A stretch of 64,000 nt of DNA from Eukaryota sp. GEM-RC1 (GCA_040285855.1 JAUFOQ010000001.1:496001-560000); one strand, 5' to 3'. Shown: positions 1-13,575, counted from the stretch's first letter. The notes: generated from the letters alone by a model not told the origin. Translations and numbers: made by a program.

Positions 1-623
1 TTGACACCAAGCTAGTTGGTTTTCGAGTAATTGTAAAAAATTTAATTATGTCGAGCGTACGGTAATCCAGACAGTGATTGGTTATCCTTAAATAAAACAG
101 AACCCGTTGTCCAGTTTGAGTACGGACGGACTTTTGATTTTTCGAAAGTAACCGTAGAAACAATTTGTGGTTGGGTAAGAATTGGTCTACTGCCTAATGA
201 GTGAAAAAGAAGAAATTTGCGTTCAATAACTGTGTGGTTGCATACAACGTCTCACCCGCTGATTACACTGCTTTTAAGAATGTGTTTCAAAAAAACAAAT
301 CCGTTTCTTTGACATCAAACAATTACAGAATTGAATCCCATGCTTAGTAGACTAGATAACCAAATCGTTGATACAAGGGACACGTGAAACCAGTCTGTAG
401 TAAGCTGTGGAAAGCTGATAGTTGAAGAACTTAAAAATTGGTGTTATATTTGGTGTTCTCATGTAGTCGTTCTGTATTTTATATTCAGTCCTTATATTAA
501 AGAGAGAATTTTAACAGTATCTTAAGTGCTTGATATATCACATTTTTCATATATATCACAATCAGCGTCCACAACAATGCCAACGCCATTAAAATGATCA
601 GAAGTTGGGAGATGTGTATGCAA

Positions 624-994
624 CAGTGTTCGAAGACACGCGTGGACACGTTTGGACACGGACACGGTGTCATTTCAAAAACACGCGAAAAGACACGGCG
701 TGTGTACGTGTTTTTCTGCAAAAACCTAGAAAACATCGGAAGTACCTTTAACAATAGACTACAATGCTATCAAAAAGTGGCAAAAATACTGACACATTGC
801 GCTCTCAATCAACTCGACAGAACCACAGAATCCAAGATTCAGTGGTGAGATGTCAGTTAAAGGCCAGAATTGGCCCAAAACAATGTTTGTATAATCAAAC
901 TCTGCATCATGGATCAGAAACTTTTTTCAAAAAAACACGCAAAGACACCCAAAAGACACATCAAAGACGCCGTGTGGACACGCGTGTTAACAGC
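624..994. mobile_element. hAT-type MITE, right end deleted
   Basis: Left TIR cagtgttcgaa preceded by gtatgcaa, with GACAC/GTGTC subterminal repeats. The right TIR is absent relative to the copy at 32660. Confidence 0.8.
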
Positions 995-1701
995 CCGCAC
1001 ATGTTACCTAAGAAACAACTTCTAATTAACTTGAACAGTTGTTAACCAACAATACATAGCCAAGCATTTCATCTCCTAAAAATTGCAACATTATGATCTT
1101 AGACAACCACATTACGATGAGATTATTCTAAGTTAATGTCACAAGTATCAAAATTTTTCAACTTTTAAGGAGGACAAATATTCTTGTTTCATCAACTCAT
1201 TGTCGTATGTTATAACTTGTTCCCTGAGTGTTATACTATAGTTAGATGGGTGTATAATGTAGATTAAATGACACGTTCACATTTCATAACCAATGATTTA
1301 ATTGACAACTAACAGACTCTAAACCTGTTAGTTAGTTATTTTAAAGTGTGTGAGTAGAAGTATGTTGTATAATAAAACAAAAGTCTTAACGACATATATC
1401 TTGCTTAAGGCAATATATATTTTGCCTACTTGGAAATATGATAAGTTCACATTTCATAACCAATGATGGAAGTGACGTCTACAACTTTCTAAACACGTTT
1501 TCCTACTGTTGCATGGGGTTTTGGCAAAAGCTTTGTGTATGAAGAATGGAGAATACAAAACCTATATTTCTACTCATGCATCTTACATTTATCAGGAAAA
1601 ATAGCAACAATATATGAATCAAATTCATTTCTAGACACATACAATGGTGTCTGTTCAAAAATAGACACTTAACAAATTTCTTCTCACACACACTTTACAA
1701 A

Positions 1702-3351
1702 ATGGATAGCAACCAAAGACAACATACTACAATTGCCCTGGGAAGCAGCTTTGCAAACCAAGAAGACTTGGTCTATCAACACAATCTTTATACAGCTGGA
1801 CAAAAAGAAGAACTCGTGTAGTGAACAGCAGCAAGAAACGCTGGAGTGTTATATGCAAGACCAACAGCGATTGCAACTACCATCTACATGCATCTTCACG
1901 TCGTGATGACGGAGAGTTTACCATTACAGCTTTTGAAGAACACACTTGTCGTAGACTTGCTACTACTGCAACACTAACAGCCAAAACAGTTGGAAGATCG
2001 CAACTGGACGTGACAAACTCGACTCCTCTCTCCCCCACTTCACTCTCTCGAAAAGCCAAAGCATCTCTTGGTGTTGTTCTGACACCGAGTAAAGCTTTAC
2101 GAGGTGTACAGGAACAGAAAAAATTGTTATTTGGTGATGCAACTGAATCGTATGCTTTATTAGAAAAGTACATCCCAGCTCTTCGACTGTCAGATGCAAA
2201 TCACGTTGTACATTGCGAATTTCGGGAATTACAGGATGGTAAGAGGGAGTTTGACAAGATATTTTGGGCATATGGACCCTCAATTGAAGGTTTTAAGCAT
2301 TGTAGGAGCTTTCTTACAGTCGATGCTTGTCATATTAAAACCATGAACAAAGGCCATATGATGATAGCCGTTTCCCTGGATGCCGAGGGGCAAATTTTCC
2401 CAGTTGCATTTTCTGTGGTAGGTGGAGAGACGTTGGCCAATTGGCGGTGGTTCTTGAACCAACTAAAATCAATTGTGGGAGAGCGGGAACTTACAATTGT
2501 GGCTGACCGAAACAGTGGACTTCAGACAGCACTCAGTGAAATTTTTGTTGATTGTCATGTGGCCTATTGCCTAGAACACTTAAAGGCAAATGTCAGAAAT
2601 AATGGAGGTGGGACTATTTGTTCTTATTTACGGAAGGCTGCAGAGTGTATTACAGAGGAAGACCTGACAAATGTTTTGGAAGAGATGAGAGCTATTTCAC
2701 CTAGAGGCTATGCATACGTACAGAAGCTGGATTTTTCCAAGTTAATTGATGTTAGATTCCAAGGAAACCGATATGGACACTACACATCGAATATATAGGA
2801 AAGTTTTGAACGCATGGATCAACAAAGAAAGGAAAATGCCGATTGTGAAGAGCATGGAATGGATGAGACGACGTCTAATGAAATGGTTTTATGAAAGGAA
2901 GAAAAGATCGTTGACTATGAATGGTGTGTTAGTTGACAATGTTGAAAAGAAGGTGAGTCAAATTGACGATGAAGCTAGAAGGTTAACTGTACTCCATAGT
3001 AGTGATACCATCTTTGAAGTTTTGAGTTTTCCACCAAGGATGGTGGATCTTGAAGAAAGATTCTGCAGCTGTGGAGAATGGAAAAGAACAGGGATTGTAT
3101 GTGTTCATGTGCGTGCGGTGCTGTTAGCTCAAAGACTGGATTATAGTGAGTTTTGTGAAGAATTTTATACCACAAAACAATACTGTAAAACTTATGAAAT
3201 TGGTTTGATGCCAGTAGCTTCTCGTCAGGAATGGGTTCCGGAAAATCTTGATGAACCCGTATTGCCAGAACTTCAACCTCCTACAGGCAATAGACAGTCC
3301 GGAAGAGGACGAAGACAAGTGAATCGGCGAAGAGGGCTAGGAGGAAGATGA
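1702..3351 (+). pseudogene. MULE/MuDR (Mutator) DDE transposase with SWIM zinc finger, disrupted
   Basis: Motifs FLTVDACH (D1), TIVADRNSGL (D2), CLEHL, TSNI*ES/LNAW (E) and SWIM CSCGEW...CVH. There is a TAG plus frameshift at ~2796-2808 and a homopolymer shift near 1805. Confidence 0.92.
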
Positions 3352-3946
3352 ATGTGTTATTGATGTTGATATTGTTGTACTATGTACTATAGTCTTTAGA
3401 TGTTCAGATATGTATAAATCTGGTTTATTGTGATTTAAATAGAGACATCTTGATATCGAAAACAGCAGGAAATACAAAGAAAGATAACAACAGAACCAAT
3501 GCAGCAGAAGACTTGATCTTCACAGTGTCTATATCTAAACCCTCTCTAAAAAAAAGGTGTCTATAATTGTGTAACATTGAACGTGTGGTGTCTATTTTTG
3601 GCAGTGTGGAAATCAGGTGTCTACTTTTGCAGTTGTCCCACAATATATTTGTTTGTGGGTATTGGAATTATTCTGTATTACTTGTTCTGGTCGAGTACCC
3701 AGACCCCCTGTTGTTCCGTCAAATGATCTTCAAGAACAGGCTGACGAGAAACATACTCAACTCCTAAAGCAATACCAAGAAGCTATGGAAAAGTTCAGCC
3801 TCTGAGTCAAAAAACCCGCTACTTCTTGAAGAACCAATCCGAAGTACTGAACCTCTGTCAGATGTTTAGAAGAAAGTACACATATGAACTAAGAGAAATC
3901 TTTATCTATATGGGAAGTAAGAAGCAGGAGAAGAGTAATACGCGGC

Positions 3947-6900
3947 TGTTGAGAATGTTAGCTTCCACTACCCACAATACTGAAGACCCATCAATATATG
4001 TTCAGACTTTATGGGATGCTACATTTCCTGTGTATTATGGACAGCACAAAATCTATGCAGAGATACACATGCACATGATCCCGTTATACATATATAACTG
4101 GGTCAACAGTCTTTCAAGTCCTGTTTGTTGTCAGCTTAAGTGCGATCCTCACGTTCTGCCCTGTAACCATGATCTTTTCGTTGTTGCTTCTTTTTTCTTC
4201 TCCTTTCCCAGTTTTTAAGGTTGGTGGCAATCAAACCTTTACTCGTTCTACAGTCAATATGACCACCATCGACTGTTCTACTTTTCTGTCTCTTTCAATG
4301 ATTTCCATTACTCCTATTCGAGCTGCTGCTAAATCGTTAATTTATCAAATGAAGCAGGCCGAAAAGCCTGAGCTGCTCATCCCTGATACTTCTATTTCTT
4401 ACTTGTGTTTCTTGTAGAACTGGTCAATCGTATCGATACATTTCAGTCCATTCACGATCTCCTTACGAGTGTCAAAGAACTTTATGACCGTTGCCAAAAT
4501 GACTTCAAGCAATTTTCTACGGTAATATTTACCATAACAAAAACACGTGTACAAAACGATTAAGGACTATTTGACTGTTAATCAGTACCGAGTCGCTATG
4601 GATGAGCCCGAGTTATTGTCCAGTCCTTTAACTGCTTAGCATCACTATCACTATGACTTTACACTCAATTTATAACATTATGACCTCAAGCTAAAGGCCA
4701 CCACGATCTAGAAAAACTTTAAGGTTGAAGTTCTGAATGGATAAAATTCCTTCATCCATCGAACAGAAATACAAGAAGACGAATTGGACAAAGCAAATAC
4801 TCAAGCAAAGTCTTGAATTTGAGTTACCACAGTGAAATTTTGAAGGGAAATTCAGCGTGCCATTTTTTTCTTCTTCCCAGGTTCCCCAAGCGCCTTCTTA
4901 TGGAAGATTTGCGTATACCTCAGCCCCGAGACTCATTCCCTCGATATCCCCAAAGAAAAGCCCTCCTCCTCCTCTGCGAAAGAGAAGTCCTCGCTCGATT
5001 TCGACAGCGAAGAGTTATCCGCCCTAGCCCAACGCGCGAACCTCACCGAAGTTGTATGTGACCCACAATGCCCATGAACTTCCACGCTTACATTTCACAT
5101 GGAGTCATAGATCTCCTAAAGATGACTCTTCCCGCCGCTCTCTCATCTCAACCCGAGTTGTGGGAATATCTCATCTCCCTGACACTCTGCTCTTCTGATT
5201 CTGAAGCTCGCTCTCTCCTATCCTCCCTTTCTACGGATAACTCAATGCATTCACCAACCACTCGCCTAAACAAATACCTCCTCGACTTCCGCCTCACAAT
5301 CCCTAGATGCCGCCACTGCATAAACAAGCTATCCCCCGTAATAGAGTCCTTCAATAAGGGTATTTCAATCCGCTCAGTGAATAACGCTCTTTGGGATGAA
5401 TTCAAATGTGGAAACATCACCGACCTTGGTGACCTGGTTCGCTTCACAATGAAAACCTTCGAACATCTCAATGCTCTCTCTTGGACTTTGGCAATAAGAC
5501 CTCCAATCCTCCCTCGCAACAACAGGATCCCTAAGAACTTCACAAACTGGCCTCGACCCCACTCCGATTACGGAACTCCTTCTTCAAGACCATTTTCATC
5601 ACTCTCAAATTCCAAATCTCAAGATTTCGAAACTCGATCCCCCCTCAACAATGGTACCCCTTCTGAACGCTTCTGCAACTACTGTAAGAAATCCGGCAAT
5701 ACCATCGACTTCTGTCGAGATCCCGACTGTAATCGAAGCAAATTCTCTAACACTTCACCTCAAACAAAGAAGAAACCGCGAAACCCCACGCTTAACAGAA
5801 CCTACAGCACCAGACACAACTCTGTTCCCCGTTAAACTAACCTTGTCGCTAAAACTCACAATTCTGCAACCGACTACCCTTCAGAAAACACTCCAATTGA
5901 GTTTGACTTAGAATTCCCAAAATTCTTCAACAAACCTTATCCAGGATCGAATACGTACACAGTCACTAACTCTTTTGATAACTTTATCCCTCACCTGAAT
6001 CGCCCTAACAAAGTCTCTTCATCATCCAATCTCTCTCCTGACATCATCTCTGTTCCTGATGAAATAGTCTCCCCGTCGAATCGAAGCAAGGACGCAAGTA
6101 TTGGCTACGAACGACCTCACGCTTCGAACGCAGTTCTTAGCACTGGCGCAAACGATCAAATGTTTGAGAACCTGGATTCTGAGACTATGTTCAAAACTTC
6201 TTCTCCTTCCCCCTTCGATTTAATGAAACAAAAATTTCAGAAATTCTAATCAACAACACCCTTATCCTAGCCACAGTTGACTGTCAAACGAGTTGCTTCA
6301 CCTCTGATATAGCTAAGACAACCAACTGCAGGGTTATCCCGTCACCTCTCTCCTTCACCCTGTCAGACGGCAAGACAGCTAAGTGCTCCGGTAACGCCCA
6401 CTGTACTCTCACCTTTTGCTTCGATAGACTGATCTCCGACTCAGTACATGTTAGGACATCTATTCCGATTATCCCAGGCAAAGCTCAAGTCCTGATCAGG
6501 GTTGACATTCTAAAGAGACTAGGTCTTCTTAAAAGAACGGAATCATGATCAAACTTGACGAAGATCACAAGCGTATCCTTGACGCTGAAGCATCCCACAA
6601 CCCATGTCCCTAACTCCTAAGGTAAGATCTACCATAGTAAATGAACTCACAACCAGTGAGCTATCAGATTGCCGCATCACACTTCCCGACAATCATAAAC
6701 AGCTCTTGGTAAACCTCATGAACTTTTATCATGATATTTTTGGCTCACCCCGCCCTTTGGGCATAGATTGACCAGCAATGCCATAAACTTTTACAACGAA
6801 GAAGAAAATTGTTTTATAAAAGGCCGCCCCTTGCACCTTGAGAAACTTCTAATTGCAAACACCTAATTAAAGATGGCTTCGCCGACGAAGCTACTCCTGA

Positions 6901-9395
6901 CTTCCCCTACTCTTCCCCCCATCGTGTTAGTCCTTTACCCCGATGGCAAAAGCCCAGATTGACTGGAAACTATTCCGGATCCTTAGGAATGAATTAATTC
7001 ATTGACCAAACCACTGGACGCAAACCTGCCACGTGTCTCACATATTTCGCTCTTTCTGTCAAAAGCAAACTTCAATGCAACTTTAGACCTTTCCAAAGGT
7101 TTCTGGCAACTTGCCCTAGACGAAAAGGACTACCTAAAGACACTTTATCCATTCCAAGCTGCTCCATCTACTTCAGAAGAGCAGTCTTTGGCTTAAAGAA
7201 CGTACCAGTGTTCTTCCAGAACGGTATGGAAAACCTCTTTAAAATGCCCAACGTTTTCATTTACATCGAACTTTAACTAAAATTTCTCACTAGCTAGATC
7301 CCACCGAATATGATTCGGCCTCAAAAATTGTGGCTTCGTAACCTGTTCTGACCCAATCAAGATCATTGGCGCCGTCTTCCAGAACAAACAACGATCCATT
7401 GACCCGGATAGGATCTCCGCCATCTCAAACCTGCCAATGCCTACGACTATCAGTGAACTACGCTCCTTCATCAGCTCCGTAAACTACTTAATGGATTGAA
7501 TCCCTCAATTTTGTGGCTTAGTCCAACCCTTGTCTAACTTAACCAAAAGGACGAAACAGATAAACGCTCCGTGAAAACAAAGTGGAACTCTTCTTACACG
7601 AGAAACTTTATTAAAATTTCCAACACCTTTGCCATAATCTGTACTCTGAACCAGCCCGAAATGGTCAACTTCTTAATGACACGATTTTCTGTGACCATAA
7701 GAATATCGTCTACTTAATCAACCAGCCGGAACGCAATTGCATTGTAACTCGCTGGATTCCTCTACTGTCCAACTTTTCTTTCGGAATCATTCACGTCGAA
7801 GGTCCAAACAACGTATTCGCCGACCTCCTTTTCCGTCTAACGCCCGCTAACCCCAGCTTAGAATCGGAATTACCTGAAACTTCAACATGCTTTAGCTTAT
7901 TTTCAATCGAACTCTACGACACTGAATACTACTTTGACGAAACCCCAACAAAAACCGAATGCCACAAGTGTGGTGAACACATGCTCTACTTAACCATGCC
8001 CGACCACATACCCTGTGAAGGCCCATACTTCGCATGCAGAAACTGCCTCAACAAATAAGAACCCTATGAAGTTTATAACGATGACAAACGCAGAGCCCTG
8101 CTTCACTTGTACCCGAAAGAAGACACACCCATCAAAGATTACTGTGGCATCTTCCAGCTAGACAAAGCAGGCCCTTGGAAATACATTGAACGCAGAGATG
8201 ACCACATCAAAGAACTATGCTTCCGCTTCGTAAAGGAAAAGGTCTGATCAGAAACCTAGAGAAGAAGAACTCTTCACTAAAAAAACTAGTAGAACCACCT
8301 ACCAACATCAAAATAATAGAACCAGAATCGAAAATTCCATGTGGCCACTGCAGCCACGGAACCACCGAATTAGAACAACAGCCACCACCAAGTAACCACA
8401 TATCAAGAACGACTGGTCTGCCACAGTTGCAAGAAATATACAATCGATCAGTTGCTAACAGAAGCTAAAGAAAAACCAAAAACTCTCATGAACAGCTCCT
8501 GTCTTACGATGGTACAGGCCCCCCCTGTGTGCTACTCATCGACAGATGACTCCCCTTACGATTCAAAAACTCAAGACACAGCCTGGCTCGACACCCTGCG
8601 CACTCATTAGCAACTAGAGCTAAAAGACTCCAGCTACAGATGCTCCTGGGACGCCGAAGCTCAAATGTTTGTCACCCCTGATAACAAGATCCTCTTTCCC
8701 GAATCTCTAAGAAAAGAAGTAATGTGGAACTTCCACGGCTACGCTCACTGTGGACATTCAGCCTTCTGGCAATGTCTCAAGGACATTAAAAACAGCTGCT
8801 ACTCTTGGCCAACTCTGGAAACTGATGTAAAATCACATCGACTGCTGCCACTCTTGTCAGAAGATCGCCCCAGCCTCCAAGACGACAGCCCAATCAACCG
8901 GATCCCTGTTTGCAATGAAGCCGTTCGGCAATAACCACGCTGATACTATCGGACCCTTGCCCAACGGCCAACCTGAGAAACAAGTACGTGCTTGTATTCG
9001 TAGACGCCTTTACGAGATACACCATCTTATGTCCCTCAGACAAAATCTCCTCTACGAACTCAGCATATTGTCTTATAAACTCTCTATGCACCAACTTCGG
9101 CATACCGGACACGATCCACTCAGACAATGGACTTGAGTTTTGTAACGCCACATTTAAAGCATTATGTGCCTTTCTGAACATAACCAACTCCTTTTCTCTC
9201 CCTCACCACCATCAAAGTAATGGCCTGGTTGAGCAGAGAAATCGAGAAATCAACTAAACTCTGAAGAGATTTCTCCTAGACTTAAACGACTACCAAAACT
9301 GGTCGACACACCTGCCTATGGTGCAGCTGATGATCAACAATCAACGCCACTCAGGAACCAGATGCACCCCATGGGAACTAATGTTTGGACGCTCA
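3947..9395 (+). mobile_element. Degenerate Ty3/Gypsy LTR retrotransposon (candidate 5' LTR 3947-4108; gag-PR-RT-RH-IN), 3'-truncated
   Basis: TGTTGA...TCAACA termini; gag knuckle CNYCKKSGNTIDFC; RT ATLDLSKGFWQL and FGLKN; RH DHKN and HVEGPNNVFAD; IN DTIGPLP, VDAFTRY, HSDNGLEF, SNGLVEQ, TPWELMFGR. RT-RH-IN order; many stops and deletions. Confidence 0.92.
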
Positions 9396-9719
9396 AATGG
9401 TTTGGATTGATTTTCTCAATCGTTTTGATTGCATTACAGGCCTTTTCCTGATTTAGTTGTTAATAAATTCATACTCATTGTCTGTTCTTGTTCTGGCAGC
9501 ATCAAAAACAAATTGGCGAGCAACTTGAATCTCTTGACCAGAGAGGTTATAGTACCATAATTTTGAGTCTTCGAGTGTTTGGTTCATTTGTCAGTCTCTT
9601 TAAGGTCATAATGCACATATAAATATAGATCCAGAAATACAAACATATCTACAAGCCTCACAAGCAACATACATTCACCGTCCGTTTGTTCTTAAGTTAA
9701 TGAATAAACTACACTCAAT

Positions 9720-10430
9720 ATGCCAGGATTGACTATGATTTTGTTAGAAGAAGAAGACCCCAAAGATTCTATTGTTATTAGCACTTTTCTGAGGTATATC
9801 GAGTTGCTCCTTCCAATAATGATGAAATCACGTTACGTTTTCAGAAACTGTCGGTTAAATTGATCGTTGAAACCCTTTTTAAGACCACAAAAGAACTTTT
9901 TGTAATGTTTTTGAAATAATATTGTCATAGCGTTTATTGTTCAACAAGTGCAAATAAAAATGGAGCTTGTTCTTCACCAGTGAACTGAAGTTTTCAATAC
10001 CAGCTGTAGATCCCAATTGGTTCACAATTCAGGTCAGCAATTGAATTGTTTAGTTGTACCTTATGTTTGACAGTGACAAAACCAAAATCCACAAAGTTGT
10101 ACAATTTGTTTCATCAAAATCAACAAGGTATTTTTGGGTTTCAACTGTATAAATACAATAAATTTCAGAAACTACAATTTGATAAGAGCGAAGCAACACC
10201 CATCGATACCAAATTTTATCACAGCTTTACCGTCATTCAAAGAACTCATTGCTATTAACGCTTTGGAAACAACAAAGGGAATTGTTTTTCCAAACTTGAA
10301 AAACTATTTAATCATAAAGTATGATTCAAAACGTTTGTTTATCTCCTCTTCAAAAAATCCCCACAATGTTTTCAGAAAATGTATTCAAAATCTAAAAAAA
10401 GTCAACTCTGTCATAAGAGACCACAAATGA
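9720..10430 (+). pseudogene. Fragmented ORF of unknown function (also near 25732 and 41949)
   Basis: A chain of short overlapping + strand ORFs from ATG MPGLTM..., with no recognised motif. Confidence 0.25.
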
Positions 10431-10719
10431 ACTCATGGCAAATAATGATGTGATTCTTACAATTCTCTTTATTTGATACACTGTATCTTCCTTTTTCACT
10501 ATTAATCTTTTGGTCTCCCAAAACTCTCCTAATATATCATATCTCTTTCTGACGTGACCTGTTCCTATTCTATGAACTCTATCACTTTTATTACACTGGT
10601 CGTCAATTAATTAACTTGACCGCGTTCTACTTTCTCCATTAGAGAATACAAGATGGACATGAGCATTACGAAATTCAGTTGATAAGTTGAGTAATTCTAT
10701 AACATAACCTATGTTATTA

Positions 10720-12184
10720 TTAACTTTCATCAACGATTTCAAGTACATGATCACTACGAAACAATGAAACAAATAAATAATAGTTACCACTACTTAATCT
10801 GGGAAGAGTTCCAGTAAGATTAATTGAAGAATTGCTTACCGATTTGATTGTCAAAGAGTAATTAATTAGATTTACATTGATTTCGAGTAATTCACTGGGA
10901 TTCCACTGATCACGGGTTCCTGAGAGACGACCAATCACACTACAATTACCCTTAAAATTGAAGGTACCATGAGCAGTCTGATAGCACCACCCAGTAACAC
11001 TAAACTTTGACTCGTCAATGACTCCAACAAAATGATGACCGATAAGCCCCTGGTACTTCAACTTCCAAGTATAAACATTACCTGGAAGAAGTGGACCTTC
11101 TCCCAAGATATTTCGAGAATCATTACCACTACTTGTAACAAAAACTGTCTTTCCATCCCCACTCACTTGTAACTGAGAATGTTTCCTAGTTTGAGAGAAT
11201 CTAAAAACATTCAATCCATTAGTTGCTTGATCAAGTAGTTTGATTTCAGTAATTGTCTTTTTTAGTTGTTCCATCTCTACTTGTAAATTGTGAATAATAT
11301 CTGAATAATTTACATTTAAAGTATGCATTTCTGATAATAAATTAGAGTTGGCGGTTTCTAAATTTGAGTTTGCTTTTTCAGAGAATCAATTTCAGTCTGC
11401 AAATCAGCAATGATTTGACTTTGTTCCAATAATTTCAAATTCTCTTTTTACTCAATGTGATTTCTTGATCAAGTCTACAGATTTGTTGATTTAATTTCAA
11501 AATTTCACCAACAAGATGATCATTCCTAACTTTCAAAGAAGATTCATCAGTCGAAGAAGTTGAGAAATCACCAGCAACAGCTTCCAAGTCCTGCACATTA
11601 TTCAAAACTTCAATTATTTGATTAATTTTTGGCCTACATAAAGGATCTGGATTCATACATTTCTGAATTACTTTCTGTACACACTCCGGTACAGATCTCC
11701 CAAAAGGTAATGCTTTCCCAGTGTTTTTAGCATCAATAATCGAAAGAGGATCTTCTTCACTAAAAGCAACCTTGTTTTCAAATAATTCATAAAGACAAAC
11801 TCCAAGTGAATAAATATCATTTAAAGGAGAAACAACATTTCTAAATTGTTCTGGAGCTGCATAAGTATAAGACACATCAAATGATCGAGGAACTAGAGTT
11901 GTAGCAGAAAGGTTTTTAGAGGTACCGAAATCAGCAACTCTAACGTGATCATCGACTAACAGAATGTTTGCTGGTTTTAGATCCCCATGAACTACAGACT
12001 TTAGGTGGAGACGTAAGTACATGGAGGACGTAAGCTATGAGAACGAAGCAGCCAGTGTATCAGAGTTAGGTTGCTTGGAAGAGATACTAGAAAAGGAGGA
12101 AACATTGAGCACTTAACTGCTAGCAAGTGTTACATTATCATCAGATGAACGACTACTCTTCAGTGGATGTTCAGGATTAGACAT
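10720..12184 (-). pseudogene. Chimeric gene: foreign 5' end fused to kinase C-lobe, coiled coil and SPRY domain
   Basis: HGDLKPANIL, DFG and APE are present, but the RING and N-lobe are replaced at 12011/12012. The ATG at 12184 is in frame, with two stops before the junction. The SPRY-like ORF is 10720-11328. Confidence 0.85.
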
Positions 12185-12246
12185 GTAGTTTTGTTAAAAG
12201 GCCACAAGAACATTGGTCTCCCTTATCTCCTTTTCTGTTACTTCTA

Positions 12247-13575
12247 ATGTCATTCTCGCTTCCCCCAGCAGAAACTCTTTCTATCATTCTCGATGAACCC
12301 TCTTTGTGTAACCAAACCATTTCATTCGGCGGGGAATCCATCGAGGTGAACAAATCTGTCCTTGCTGTGCACTCAACGTACTTCCGATCCCTCTGGTTCT
12401 TAGAGTTTGGGGATAAACTTGAGAACCCCATCGACTTCTCCCATCTTCCCGTCGATTCCGACAACTTCTTCGCTTTCCTCAAGTCCTTCTTTGGAAAGTC
12501 ATTCACCCTCAACGAAAGCAACGCCTATAACTTTTTCTACCTCGTCCACTACTTCCAAGTGGATAAACTCATTCACCACGTGGAAAACCACCTAAACACC
12601 CATCTTGTAACATGGGCTTGGTTAAAACCGTTCATTAAAGAAGCAAGTGAAAGAAATGACTTGAGAGCTCTGGATTTCATTGGTCCTTTCTTTTCCAAAA
12701 TTGATGACCTGTTGATTGATGACGTGATGGCAATCACTACTGAAGGGTTTAAAACTCTTGTAAAATACTGCACTTGCACTGAATCACTGTCGTGGTTTAT
12801 TAAATCAATGGTGGAGTCAATTTTGAATCAAGATTTTGATTTCAAAGAATTTGTAAATGTTTTGAATTCTTTTTCAATTGAAGTTTTTCATATGAACAAT
12901 GGAATCAAAAGTTGTTTATTCCTTTAAAAAATGTTGAAAAATTGGAACCCGATTTGATGAAGTTTTTGTTTACAAGAGTAAAAGATCGTTGTGTGGACTC
13001 TTTAGTGAATGAAAACTGTAATTTAGTTTCGGATATTAACAAATTACAAAGTGAAATTGAAGAATTAAAGAAGTTAGCTGAAGATAATCAAGCAAAAATG
13101 ATTAAATTCTCTCAAACTAAGAAACATTCTGAGTTACAAGTTAGTGGGGATAGAAAGAGAGTTGTTGTTGGAAATGGTGATGATCTTGTGTATAGAAATA
13201 TATTGGGAGAAGATCCACTTCTTCCAGGTAATAATTATACTTGGAAGTTGAGGTACCAGGGGACTACTGATTGTCTTTTGTTGGAGTCATTGACGAGTCA
13301 AAGTTTAGTGTTGATGGTGATTGTTTTCAGAGTGCTCACTGTTTTGAAAATGATGGTGATCGCATTCATGGATCTTTTCAGGAACTCGTGCTCAATGGAA
13401 TCCTGGTGAATTACTCGAAATCAATGCAAATTTAATTAATTACACTTTGACAATCAAATCCGTGAGTAATTCTTTAATTAATCTTACTGGAATTCTTCCC
13501 AGATTAAGTAGTGGTAATTATTATCCGTTTGCTTTGTCATGTTTTAGTAATCATGTACTTGAAATCGTTGAATAA
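12247..13575 (+). CDS. BTB/POZ - coiled coil - SPRY/B30.2-like protein (frameshifted in homopolymers)
   Basis: BTB motifs VNKSVLAVHSTYFRSL and HYFQVDKL; coiled coil DINKLQSEIEELKK; SPRY-like YTWKL, FVGV, NGELL-type strand and YYPF. Frameshifts fall in T-runs at ~12885, ~13277 and ~13375. Confidence 0.85.

Larger units (their letters stand above)
1..12011 (+). repeat. Tandem ~16 kb segmental duplication, unit A (5'-partial, begins before the window)
   Basis: The window start ttgacaccaagctag recurs near 16016 and 32037, and ORF translations recur nearly identically. The unit ends at ...ctttaggtggaga|cgtaagtac. Confidence 0.97.

Noticed and set aside
624..994. CRISPR-like array or structured RNA in the GACAC, CAGCC or GTCAC repeat clusters
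   Set aside because: No constant repeat-spacer period; explained as hAT subterminal repeats next to TIRs.
2790..2812. TAA/TAG reassignment to Gln, suggested by in-frame stops here and at 12030-12115
   Set aside because: The long intact ORFs (kinase, hydrolase, BTB) have no internal TAA/TAG and several end in TAA. The MULE stop is accompanied by a frameshift, so decay is simpler.
3425..3940. Short ORFs between the MULE and the LTR, including an FCSCP motif
   Set aside because: Too fragmentary to assign; possibly TE debris.
9540..9720. 3' LTR of the Gypsy element
   Set aside because: Only a short atgcacat-type match to 3947-4108, and no TGTTGA...TCAACA pair.
10720..13575. Diversity-generating retroelement (TR/VR pair) formed by the inverted SPRY copies
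   Set aside because: Differences are not adenine-specific, include indels and synonymous changes, and both copies are coding. The only RT is a dead Gypsy RT.
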